Of a stretch of 64,000 bases of DNA, positions 37,370 to 50,860 are shown piece after piece (positions within the stretch are counted from its first letter, which is position 1; each line of letters starts with the position of its first letter). The stretch spans positions 8,984,452 through 9,048,451 of the forward strand of contig NC_057758.1 in NCBI RefSeq assembly GCF_004010195.1, read 5' to 3'. Under the pieces are notes generated by a model. The model was not told the origin of the DNA. It worked only from the letters and a program-made list of their open reading frames with translations, and did no database searches. Source of the stretch: Chiloscyllium plagiosum. Taxonomy: Eukaryota. The translations under genes were made by a program, and so were the position numbers.

Positions 37370-39330
37370 GAATGGCGTTTTTTATAAGGGATAACATTAC
37401 AGCTGAACTTAGGGAAGATATTCCTGGAGATACATTCAGGGAGGTTGTTTGGGCGGAACTGAGAAATAAGAAAGGGACGATCACCTTATTGCGATTGTAT
37501 TATAAACTCTCTCATAGTCGGCGGGAAATTGAGAAGCAAATTTGTAAAGATATCTCAGTTACCTTTGAGAGTAGGTGTTTATGAAAGGGGATTTTAACTT
37601 TCCAAACATAGACTAGGACTACCATAATTTTCAGGGTTTAAATGGACAGGATTTTTAAAGAGAGAACAATGAAGCTTTCTGACTCAATATGTGAGTGGAT
37701 CTCGTAGAGAAGTGCCTACTAGTGGCAAATAAGGCAGGGCGGGCGATTGAGATATTAGTGGGGGAGCACTGCGTGGCCAGAGACGATAATTCTATTGGTT
37801 TTAAAATAGTGATGGTAAAGGAAAGACCTGATCTCGCAGTTGAAGTTCTAATTTGGAGGAAGGCTAATTTTGATGGTAAAAGGGAAGAACTTTCAAAAGC
37901 TGATTGGGGGCAGATTCTCGCAAGTAAACGGACGCCTGGAAAATGGGGAGCCTTTAGAAAAGAGATAATGAGAGTCCAGCGAGTGTATATCCCTGTTAAG
38001 GTGAATGGAATGGCTGGTAGCTGTCGGGAATACTGGATGACGAAAGAAATTGAGAGTTGGTTAAGAAAAAGAAAGAAGCTTACGATTTTTATAGACAGGA
38101 GCGCTCGAGAGAATCATTAGAAATGTATAAAGGCACTGGGCGTACACTGAAGAGGGAAATCAGGAAGGCAAAAAGGGGACATGTGATAGCTTTGGCAAAT
38201 ACGGTTAAAGGGAATCCAAAGCGTTTTTAAAAATACATTAAGGACAAAAATGCAAGTAAGGAGAAAATAAGACCCCTCAATGATGAGCAAGGCAGTCTTT
38301 GTGCAGAGCGGACAGAGAGGGGGAGATATTAAATGAGTATTTGGCATCAGTGTTTACTGTAGGGAAGGACATGGAAGATATATAATGTTGGGAAATAGAT
38401 GGTGACATCTCGAAAAATGTCACTATTACATAGGAGGAAGTGCTCGATGTCTTAAAACGCGAAAAGGTGGATAAATGCCCCCGACCTGATCAGACCCTTA
38501 GAACTCTGTGGAAGATAGGAAAGTATTTGCTGCGGCCCTTCCTGAAATAGTTGTATCATCGATTGTCACAAGTGATGTGCCAGAAGACTGGAGGTTGGCT
38601 AACATGATTCCATTACTTAACAAAGGTGGTGAGAACTAGCCAGTGAATTATAGACCAGTAAGCCTGAAATTGGTAGTGATCAAGTTGTTGGAGGAAATCC
38701 TGTGGTTCGGGATTTACACATATTTGGAAAGACAAGGACCCATTTGGGATAGCCAACATGGTTTCGTGCCTGGGAAATCATGTCTCACGAACTTGACTGA
38801 GTGTTTTTAAAAAGTAATAAACAGGATTGATGAGGGCAGAGCGGTAAACGTGGTTGATATCTTTAGTAAGGCGTTCAAAAATGTTCCCATGGGAGACTGG
38901 TTAGCAAGGGTAGATCTCATGAAAGACAAGGTGAAGTAGCCATTTGGATACAGAACTGGCTCGAATCGGCAGTAGAGTGTCAGGTGGAATTTAATTTAGA
39001 TAAATGCGAGATGCTACATTTTGAAAAAGAATATTTTATCAGGAATTATACACATAACATCATGGTCCTCAAGAGTGTTACTGAACAAAGTGATCTTGGA
39101 GTGCAAGTTCATTGTTCCTTGAAATTTGAGTTGTAGATGGATAGGATAGTGAAGAAGGCGTTTGGCATGCTTTCCTTTACTGGTCAGAGCACTGAGTCTA
39201 GGAGTTGGGAGGTCATGTTGCGGCTGTACAGGACACTGGTCATACCACATTTGGAATATTCCATGTAATTCTGTTCCCCTTCCTATCGGAAGTATGTTGT
39301 GAAACTTGAAACGGTTCTGAAAAGACTTAA
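37370..39330 (+). mobile_element. CR1 ORF2 remnant
   Basis: WAELRNKKG; WRKANFDG; SQHGFVPGKSCLTNL. Confidence 0.9.
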
Positions 39331-40150
39331 CATAGAACATTACAGCGCAGTACAGGCCCTTTGGCCCTCGATGTTGCGCCGGCCTGTCATACCAATCTGA
39401 AGTCCATCTAACCTACACTATTCCATGTACTTCCATATGCTTATCCAATGATGACTTAAATGTACTTAAAGTTGACGAATCTATTACCGTTGCATGCAAA
39501 GCATTCCATAGCCTTACTACTTTCTGAGTGAATAAAGTACCTCAGAAATGTGTTCTATATGTATCACCCCCTTACAGATAACTGTTTTCTCCTTGTTTCT
39601 CAATTTCCCGATGAATATGTGGAGCTCTCAAAAAGGTAATAATCCCTTTCTTATTTCTCACTTCCACCCAAATGACTTCCCGAGTGTATTCCCAGGAATT
39701 TCCTCCCTCAGTATAGCTACTATGTTCTCCCTTATCAAAAATGCCACTCTCCCTCCTGCCTTGCCTTCCTTTCTATCCTTCCTGTCGCATTTGTATCCGG
39801 GAACATTAATCTGCCAGTCCTGTCCATCCCTGAGCCATGATTCTGTAATTGCTCTGATATCCCAGTCCCATGTTCCAAAACATGCCCTGAGTTTAACTTC
39901 CTTCCCTGTTAGGCCTCTTGCATTGAAGTTAATTCAGGTTGATTTATCAGTCCTACTTTATGCTCTGCTTTGTCCCTGACTGCCCTGACTGTTTGACTTG
40001 CTCCTCTTATCTCCCTGCCAGTATATTTGTCCCCTTCCAATTCAGGTTCAATCTATCCTTCCAGTATAGATCACTTTTACCCAAGAAGAGCTTCCAATTA
40101 TCTAAAATGTGAACCCTTTTCCCATACACCAGCTCCGCCGCTACACATTC
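39331..40150 (-). mobile_element. CR1 pieces: 3' tail, ORF1 esterase end and EN start
   Basis: DLYWKDRLNLNWKGTNILAGR (SGNH-like ORF1 end); catagaac tail. Confidence 0.8.
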
Positions 40151-40169
40151 ATCTTGGACACTGGCCTCT

Positions 40170-40590
40170 CTCCACTTCTTGGACCTCTCCAACTCCATCA
40201 AAAATGACAGAATCAACACTGGTATCTTCTACAAACCCACCGGCTCCCACAACTAAATAAGCACAGAACCCCACTGGTCTTCACCTGCCACCCCCAACAA
40301 CCTCCGGATACATTTCATCATCCTCCGCCATTTTCGCTACCTACAAATGGACTACAGCACCAGAGATATATTTCCCTCCACACCCTTATCTGCTTTACAT
40401 AAAGACCATTCCCTCCGCAACTCCTTGGTCAGGTCCACACCTGACACCCCATCCACCCACCCTCCCCTCCCGGCACCTTCCTCTGCCACCGCAGGAATAG
40501 CAATACCTGTGCACACAACTCCCTCTCACTTCCGTGAAATACCTAAGAGTAGCCTTCCACATTCATCAGAGCTTTTAGCTGCACTCCACT
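40170..40590 (+). mobile_element. Penelope-like element ORF fragment (RT end and linker)
   Basis: FLDL...IFYKPTGSH; IILRHF.YLQ.D..TRDIFPSTPLSALHKDHSLRNSLVRS. Confidence 0.8.
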
Positions 40591-40594
40591 CATG

Positions 40595-41070
40595 TATTTG
40601 CAAGGATGTTGCCAGGGTTGGAGGATTTGCTCTCTAGGTAGAGGTTGACTGGCTGAAGAAGCTTTCCCTGGAGCGTTGGAGGCTGACCAGTGACGTCATA
40701 TATGTTTATAATATAATACGGGACGTTGGTATGATAAATTGACAAATCTTTTCCCAGGGGTCGAGGAGACCAAAACTAGAGGGCACAGGTTTAGGGTGAG
40801 AGAGAAATGATACAAAAGGGACATGCAGGGCAACATTTTCATCAGAAGGTGGTGTGTGTATGGAATGAGCTGCCAGAGGAGGTGGTGGAGGCTGGTACAG
40901 TTGCAAGATTTAAAATGCATACGGGTGGGTATATGAATAGGAAGGGGTTGAAGGGCTCCGGTCCAGGTGCTGGCAGGTGAGCCTAGCTTGGGGTGGGTTG
41001 TCTGGTCAGCATGGGCGAGTTGGACCGAAGAATCTGTTTCCATGCTGTACATGTCTATGAGGCAATGACA
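40595..41070 (+). mobile_element. CR1 3' end
   Basis: tggaatgagctgccagagga; tgtttccatgctgtacatgtctatga. Confidence 0.85.
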
Positions 41071-42919
41071 TCCAAGTCATTGACAAAAATGACAAAAAGT
41101 ACTGGATCCAACACCTGTCTGTCTCTGTGTTACCTGTTGTCAGCTGAATCCATAAACAACAGTTCAAGGATTGTACTATCCTGTACAATTTTCCGGATTA
41201 TTTAATTTTAATTTTCATGTCTGAACACTTACAACAACAGCTTCACGGTCAGGTCTCAAGAGTGGAGCACGGCAGAAGGATGGAAAAACCTCCAATAGGT
41301 TGGGCTCCGGTGTGGGGGAGGAAAGAAAGAACATTTCTCTGAAGGCACAGCTCCAAAGCCTTCACCACATCTCATTTCTGTTCATTCATGGGATTTGGTA
41401 GCCTCTCGTGGACTGGTATTTGTCACCCTCTCTCATTGCCCCTCTTGAGAAGGTGGGGTGGAGGTAGGGGTGAGCTGTTTTTTGAACCTCGACAGACTGT
41501 GTCGTGCAGGCAGACCCACAATAAACTATGAAGGTGGGAATTCCAGGATTTTGACTCAGCGACACTGAAGGAATATTTGAGATCAATGATGCATTAGTCC
41601 TCTTCAGTGATGAAAGCAAAATGAGGAATACAATGAGATCAACGGGGCACACAGCGTGCTCTGGGTGTGACACTTCAATGTTCATCACATAAAGAATCTC
41701 CACAGGAAAACCGCTGACTGAGCAGGCTGAGAGATAAAAGGTAGAGCAGTTAAACTGCGGAAAGTGATTATTGAATGATCAAGATGGAAGAAATTTAAAT
41801 GAACTGATTCTGATCCAATCTACCTGTTACAGATGCATCTATCCACAACGGTATCTCTAAGAGATTCCAGTGCACAAGCATGACGGAGGTGAATTCCCAC
41901 CCACCATGAAGATGCCCTCTGTAGTGTTATGTGGCTCGACTGCTAGCAAAGTGGGGCATACCTCTTACGAATCCAGCAAATCAAAACTGAACATCCATAA
42001 GGCAACTGTGGGCCATCAGCAGCAGCAGAACTGTAGCCAACAATTAACATTTAGCTGAGAAATATGGATGATTTTCTTCTCTTAGAGGGTGCATCTGGAA
42101 TTCTTCACTTCAGTGGCTGTCAAGGTTTGTCTATTACGTGCATTCGTAGAGGCTTTCTCTTAACTGAGTAAGTGATTCAAGAGTCATGAAGAAAAGGTGG
42201 GAAAGTGAAACTGAGGATTATTATCTAAGTCACGATTTTGTTTTTTGTTTGACAGAGCAGAGTTGTTTGGTTGAATCGTGTCCTTGTCCTACGTCTTATT
42301 GTCTTGGGGTCGAAAATTATGTTTATGTGGTGATGTGCGATCTGCTGCTTAGTGTTTGGACTGTTCATTGAGAGGAGGATTCGGAATGACGCCGAGGGGC
42401 TAATCATTCGTGGAGGCAGAGGGTGGTGCATGTATGGAATGAGCTGTCACAGGAAGTGGTGGAAGCTGATACACTTACTGCCTTTAAAAGGCATCTGGAT
42501 GGGGACATTAATAGGAGGGGTTTAGAGGGATATCTGACAAATGCTGACAATTGGACGTTGATTTATTTAGGATACCTGGTCGACATGGATGAAGGGTGTT
42601 TTTCCGTGTTGTAAATCTCGATTACTATGGCAGATCTATCAGGAAATCAAGGTGCAAATGACCACAACATTATGAGAAAGATTACAATAATGTCAGGGTC
42701 AAGTGTTCTTATACAAATCAGGAAAGATCCAATTCATGAGCAAAGAGTTTCTGCGAGACTGGGCTGGGCATTTCCACAGAATCTCTTTGTGCTGTTAATC
42801 CTCTTGGCTGCAGGATGGTGTTCTGACTCTCCCCAGGGTTCTGGACCTGCCAGTGTCACTTGTTCTTTCAGCATTTCTGTCTTTCACAACGTGACTGGGA
42901 GAGGTTTTTCGAAAGTAAA

Positions 42920-43547
42920 TGGTACACCAGTCAATGAAGGCAAGCATGCAGGTACAGCAGGTAGTGAAGAAGGCTAATAGCATTCTGGCCTTCATAACAA
43001 GAGGAATTGAGTATAGAAGCAAAGAGGTGCTTCTGCATCTGTACAGGGCCCTGGTGAGACCACACCTGGTGTACAGTGTGCAATTCTGGTCTCCAAATTT
43101 GAGGAAAGACATTCTGGCTATTGAGGGAGTGCAGCGTAGGTTCACGAGGTCAATTCCTGGAATGGCGAGATTACCTTACACTGAAAGACTGAAGCGACTG
43201 GGCTTGTATACCCTTGAGTTTAGAAGACTGAGAGGGGATCTGATTGAGACAGATAAGATTATGAAAGGATTGGACACTCTGGCAGCAGTAAACATGTTTC
43301 CGCTGATGGGTGAGTGCCGAACCAGAGGACACAGCTTAATAATACGGGGTAGACCATTTCGGACAGAGATGAGGAGAAACTTATTCAAGCAGAGTGTGGT
43401 GGCTGGGTGGAATGCTCTGCACCAGAGGCAGTGCAGGCCCAGTCTCTGGATTCGTTTAAGAAAGAGTTGGATAGAGCTCTCAAAGATAGTGGAATCAAGG
43501 GGTATGGAGGTAAGGCAGGAAGAGGATACTGATTAGGAATGATCAGC
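42920..43547 (+). mobile_element. CR1 3' part
   Basis: LYRALVRPHLVYSVQFWSP; RRLRGDLIE. Confidence 0.92.
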
Positions 43548-44047
43548 NNNNNNNNNNNNNNNNNNNNNNNNNNNNNNNNNNNNNNNNNNNNNNNNNNNNN
43601 NNNNNNNNNNNNNNNNNNNNNNNNNNNNNNNNNNNNNNNNNNNNNNNNNNNNNNNNNNNNNNNNNNNNNNNNNNNNNNNNNNNNNNNNNNNNNNNNNNNN
43701 NNNNNNNNNNNNNNNNNNNNNNNNNNNNNNNNNNNNNNNNNNNNNNNNNNNNNNNNNNNNNNNNNNNNNNNNNNNNNNNNNNNNNNNNNNNNNNNNNNNN
43801 NNNNNNNNNNNNNNNNNNNNNNNNNNNNNNNNNNNNNNNNNNNNNNNNNNNNNNNNNNNNNNNNNNNNNNNNNNNNNNNNNNNNNNNNNNNNNNNNNNNN
43901 NNNNNNNNNNNNNNNNNNNNNNNNNNNNNNNNNNNNNNNNNNNNNNNNNNNNNNNNNNNNNNNNNNNNNNNNNNNNNNNNNNNNNNNNNNNNNNNNNNNN
44001 NNNNNNNNNNNNNNNNNNNNNNNNNNNNNNNNNNNNNNNNNNNNNNN
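43548..44047. other. Assembly gap (500 N)
   Basis: Run of exactly 500 n. Confidence 1.
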
Positions 44048-47000
44048 GAGATCATTCTTACAGATTTATTAAAATGCTTTGATGAAGTGACAGGAATGTT
44101 GACAAGGACAGAGCCGCAGATGTCGTCAACATAATTTTCAGTAAGGCCTTTGGTAAGTTTCCAAAGGGTAGGTTGCTTTGAAAGTTAGATTGCAAGGAAT
44201 AAAGAGCAAGCTGGTAAATATGATATACAATTGTACTGATGGTCGGAATCAGAGAGTAATAGTAAAAGAATGCTTGTCGGACTGGAGGCCTGTTGTTAGT
44301 GGAGGGCCTCAGGAGTCGGTGCTGTGCGCATTGCTGTTTATTTTCTGAATCAATGCCTTGGAAGAGAATGTCAAAGCATGATTACTGAGTTTGCTGATGA
44401 TGCTGAAATAGCCGGTATCATGGACAGTGAGGAAGTTAAACACTAATTGCAGCAGGAAATTGCTTAGCTGGGGAAGTGGGGAGAGAAACGGCAAATGGAG
44501 TTTAATATAGCTAAGTGTGAGGTCTTGCTTTTTGGAAAGTCAAATCAAGGTAGAATTTTCATGCTGAATGGAACAGAGGGATCTTGGAGTTCAGGTTCAC
44601 AGTTCTCTGAGAGCGGAGCCACAGATAGGCAGGGCAGGGAAGAAAGCTTTTGACACACTGCCCTTCAACAGTCGGAGCATTCAGAATCGAAGTTGGGAAA
44701 TTATGTTGCAGTTATACAAGACGTTGGTCACGCCGCACGTGGACTATTGTGTAAAGTTCTGGTGACCTTCTAACAGGAAGGATGTCATTAAACTGGAAGG
44801 CGTTCAGGAGAAATTTAAAATGTTGTGGCCTGGCCTCAAAGGTCTTTGTTATAAAGAAAGGTTAGACAAGATATGATATTTTCTTCAGAGCGTGGGAGAC
44901 TGAAGGATACCTTTTTGAGGTGTATAAGATCATTACAGGCTTGGATAGGGTGAATGCAGTCAGTCTTTTTCCGAGGGTTGGGGAATCGAGGACTTTTTCC
45001 AAGGACTAGAGGGCATCAGTTTAAGGTGATAGGGGAAAGAACAAAAGGGAACCTGGGGGTCAACTTTTTCTTTACAGAGGGGAGCACGCATATGTTATGA
45101 GCTGCCAGTGGAAGTTATTGAGGAGGTTACCTTAACAACATGTAAATGGAATTTGGATAAATGCATAGATATGAAAGGATTAAAAGGACATGGGCCAGGT
45201 GTAGGGACATGGAGTTAGCGTGAACAGACATTTTGGTCGGCATGTATCATGTTGGGCCAAAGGCCTGTCTCCGTGCTGTAGGACTCGATGACGCTATGAG
45301 TGAACAACAGGAGCTGCGATTGCCTCTTTCACCCATCAACCACAAGGGAGTTAGCAACCTCTGTATGGATTTCAGATCTGGGACCAATGTGTGATTGTGT
45401 GTCAGGTGAGGAGGGAAGGGAGGGACAGGCGATGCAGTCTGGATTCAAGTATTGTGCTGCTGCCTTCTCTTTAACTCGCTAACACCACCTCCCCTCCCAA
45501 TGCATGCATTTGTCAGGCTCATTTGCAGGAATTGCAACGAAAGTACTAACCTGATATGTTTTCAGCAATTCGTTCACGGTTGGTTGTAATCTTACTTGGC
45601 GACGTTATTCTGAGGCTAATTTTTATGTTTAAGGGGAAAGTTTGATTTCTTGATTTTTTAAAAATTATTTCTGATTAATGCAATATCATTTGGAAAATTA
45701 TTTTTTTTCGAATGAAAGTTTCAGCTGAGCCGACAGCGCAGAATAAATATCTTTCTTGGCTTTCTTGGACATCTGAAATGTCTTTGCTGTAAATACAAAT
45801 GCTTCAGAATTGATCACATTTATTTTAGAACAAATAACAAAGAAACCTTACAGCCCAGGAACAGGCCCTTCGGCCCTCCAAGCCTGAGACAATCCAAAAG
45901 CTCTGTCTAAACCTATCGCCCAATTCCAAACCAACTGCTCACCACTTGCTCATGCATCTGTCCAAATGCACCTTAAATGAATCTACCGTGCCTGCCTCGA
46001 CTACCTATGCTGGCATCGCGTTCCAGGAACGTACCACCCTCTGTGTAATGTACTTGACACGTATATCTTCTTTAAACGTTTCACCTCTCAACTTGAACGC
46101 GTGACCTCTCGTTATTGAATCCCTCACCCTGAGAACAAGCTTATCTCTATCGTCCCTGTCTATACCCTTCATGAAATTGTAGACTTCAATCAGTTCTTCA
46201 CTCAATCTCCTTTTTTCAAATGAAATCAATCAAGCCTACTCAACCTCTCTTCGTAGCTAGCACCCTCCATAACATACAACATCTTCGTAAACCTTCTGTG
46301 CACCCTCCCCAAAGAGTCCACATCCTTTGGGTAATGTGGTGATCAGAACTGTATACAGCATTTTAAATGCGGCCGAACCAAAGTCTTGTACAATTTTGAC
46401 ATGACCTGCCAGCTCTTATACTCAATAGCCCGTAAAAAGAAGGCAAAAATATCATATACCTTCTTGACAACTTTATCGACATGTGCAGCCACCTTCAGGG
46501 TACAATGGAAATGAACTCCCAGATCTCTCTGCTCATCGACTTTTCCCACGGCGCTTCCACTCACAGTATTGTTCGTTCTCGATTCAGACTTCCCGAAATG
46601 CATCACCTCACAATTGTCTGGACTGAAATCTCTCTGCCCAACTCTCCTGTCTAACTATATTGTCATGTATTTTTTGACAGTCCCCTATGCTTTGTGCTAC
46701 TCCACTAATCTTCGTGTCGTCTGCAACCTTACTGATCAGACCAACAATGCCCTGTTCCAGATTATATATGTATATTGCAAACAGCAGTGGCCCCATCAAT
46801 TTAACTCGAGCTAATTGTATTAGAAGAATTCGCTTCTCAGAAGCTGCCCTCTTTGGTACAACATTCCCTGGAGAAACACCAGCCGCTTTTCCCAACAGTG
46901 GTGTATTACTTGATCGCCAGCAATTTGCTTTAAATGTTCCAACCTTTGAGAGTGAGAACATGTCAGTTATACTGATTCCTTTATATCTTTGGCAACATCT

Positions 47001-47518
47001 TTTTGAACAACTTGGGGCACATTTTCGAGAGTCAACAGGAACATGGAGTGGAGATGACAAACAGATTAATCACAATCTTATCACATAGTGAGGAGTCTCG
47101 ATGGACTGAATGGCCTTCCTGCTCTTCGTTCATATCTCCAATGTATGACAGTTTCCTGCCACTACAAGATTCAGTACTTTTCACTGAGAGCCCTAGTGGA
47201 GATTTCATCCTGCAGCTCCAAGCTCAGCAAGCCATTCTTCTTCTTTTCCCCTCAGCGATTCCAAACGAGCTGCGAATTTTACTAATCTCCAAGTACCTTC
47301 TCTGTGAAGCGCCCACGTCAATTAAACAAAACAGCCGCCTAACATGACCATACCCATGCCAACGTGGCACGCTATTGGAACAAACCTTTCTTCATTCAGT
47401 GCTTCTTCTGGCATTTGAAGCATCCACCTCACTGGAAGCAAAGTGGTGACGGTGGCCAGTCCAGCAGAAAGAAACCCTCTGAGCCTCCCACTTCATTCAC
47501 TGGCAGGATCAATGTGAT

Positions 47519-48566
<1,048 letters not shown>

Positions 48567-49366
48567 CTGTAAATGTAGTTTGAAGAGTCATCCATATCTC
48601 AGTGCAAGATATAAATTGAGAAGAAAATATTTTAAAGGAGTTGCAAAATCAGACTAATTGATAGATTTTTATTTACTGTTGTTGTATACTGGGTGGGCTG
48701 AACAGCCCCTTTTTGTGCTGCATGGTCAAATGCTTGTTATCGAGGCATAGAGGTGTACAACACAGAAATACACATTTCTGTGCATCTCTACGATGCCGAC
48801 AAGATATTCGAACGTAATCTAGTCCCATTTGCCAACACCCGGCCCATATCCATGTAAACTTTCCTATTCACGTCCCCATCCAGCATTACTTTAAATGCTG
48901 TAACTATACTAGCCTCCACCATTTCCTCTGGCAGCTCTTTCCAAATGCACACCACGGTCTGTGTGAAAATGTTGACCCTCAGTTCACTTTTATATCTTTC
49001 TCCTCCCACCCTAAACCTCTAGTCCTGGACTGCCCCGTCCCATGGAAAACACGTTACCTATTTATCCGATCCACGCCCCTTTTGATTTATAAACCTCTGT
49101 AAGATTACCTCTCAGCCTCCGACGCTCCAGGGAAAACAGCTCCAGCATGCTCAACCTCACGCTATTGTTCAAACCCTCCAACCCTAGCAACATGCTTGTA
49201 AATCTTTTCTGAACTCTTTCAAGTTTCAGAACAACCTTCCAATAAAAAGGAGACCAGTATTGTACACAATATTCCAAAAGTGGCCTAACCAATGTCCTGT
49301 GCAGCTGCAACATCACCACCCATCTCCTGTACCCAATGCTCTGACCAATAAAGGAAAGCTTACCAA

Positions 49367-49472
49367 ACAATACAAATCTTTTCACTGCCTCGGTACACGT
49401 GACAATAAATTGAATTGAATTCAATTCAATTTATTGTCACGTGTACCGAGGCAGTGAAAAGATTTGTATTGT
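49367..49472. repeat. 106-bp perfect palindrome with no spacer
   Basis: 49367-49419 is the exact reverse complement of 49420-49472. Confidence 0.97.
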
Positions 49473-50860
49473 GAGCAGTACAGAAAGATCCGCATAGTTA
49501 AGTAGCACAGATCGTAAATAATAGGTAGACAGCAGCAAAAACAAAAACACGGGTACAGGAGAATGTTAAGGGTTTGGGAATTCATTCAGTATTCTAACAA
49601 CAGTAAGGCAGAAACTTCTCCGAAACCAGCTGATACGTGTGTTCAGGCTTCTGGATCTCCTCCCCGATGATCGTGGTTGTAGAAAAATATTGCCAGGGTG
49701 GAATGGAGTTTTAAGAATGTTGGCGGCCTTCCCTCGACAGTAGGCCTGGTTGATAGATTATATAGATGAGAGGTTGACTTGTGTGATTGTCCGGGCCGAG
49801 TTCACCACTCTCTGTAACCGTCTCCGACCTTGAATGATGCAGTTGCCATACCAGATAGTGATGCTTCCAGACAGAATGCCCTCGATGGATAACCAAAAAA
49901 GTTGGCAAGGGTATTTGCGCTCATGCCAAATTTCCTCATATGCCTGAGGAAGTTTAGACGTTGTTGGGCCTTTGTAAACAATGGGTCCACATGAAGAGTC
50001 CAAGAAAGCTTATTGTGGAGTACAACACCCAGGAGCTTGACACTCTCCACTCATTCCACATCTGTGCTGTTAATGTGCAGGGGTGCATGAGTAACATCTC
50101 ACTGAAAGTCAATAATGAGTTCCTCGGTTTTGCTGGCATTGAAAGTAGATTGTTCTCAGTGCACCATCTTGCCTGGTCTTCCACCTCCTGTCTCAAGTCT
50201 GCTTCGTCGCCATCTGAGATTCGACCAACCGTGCTGGTGTCATCAGCAGACTTGCAAATGGTATTATTCTGGTATTTGGCGACGCAGTCATGGGTGTACA
50301 GTGAGTATAATAGGGGGCTGAGTACGCACCCCTGGGAGGCTCCAGTGTTGAGAGTTAGTGACGATGAAAAAATATCGCCAATCTTCACTGATTATGGCCT
50401 GTGGGTCAGGAAAATGAGGATCCAGTTGCAGAGAGTGGCGCTTAGTGCGAGATCACTCTGTTTAGTAATCAGTCTCGAGGGGATAAAGTGTTGAATGCTG
50501 TACTGTAGTACTGCAGGATTCTTACAAAGCTGTTCTTGGTGTTAAGATGTTCTAGGGAGGAGTGAATGGCAAGTGATGTGGCTTCTGACGTGGATCTGTT
50601 GGTCCATTAGGCAAATTAGAGTGCGTCAAGAATATTGGGAGATTGGAGTTGATTAATGCCATGACCAGCCTCTCAATGAACTTCATGACCACCGAAGTTA
50701 GGGCCACAGGGTGTAGTCATTGAGACATGCTGCATGAGTCTTTTTAAGCAGAGGGATGATGCTGGCCCTGTTGAAACAGGCAGTCACATTGGCCTGCTGC
50801 GGAGAGAGGTTGAATATGTCCGAGAAGACCTCTATCAGTTGATATGCACATGCTCTGAGT
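49420..50860 (-). mobile_element. Rex1/Babar-type LINE RT
   Basis: TLNTGASQGCVLSPLLYSLYTHDC...KSADDT. Confidence 0.9.

Noticed and set aside
43539..44072. ORFs spanning the N run
   Set aside because: Artefacts of the assembly gap
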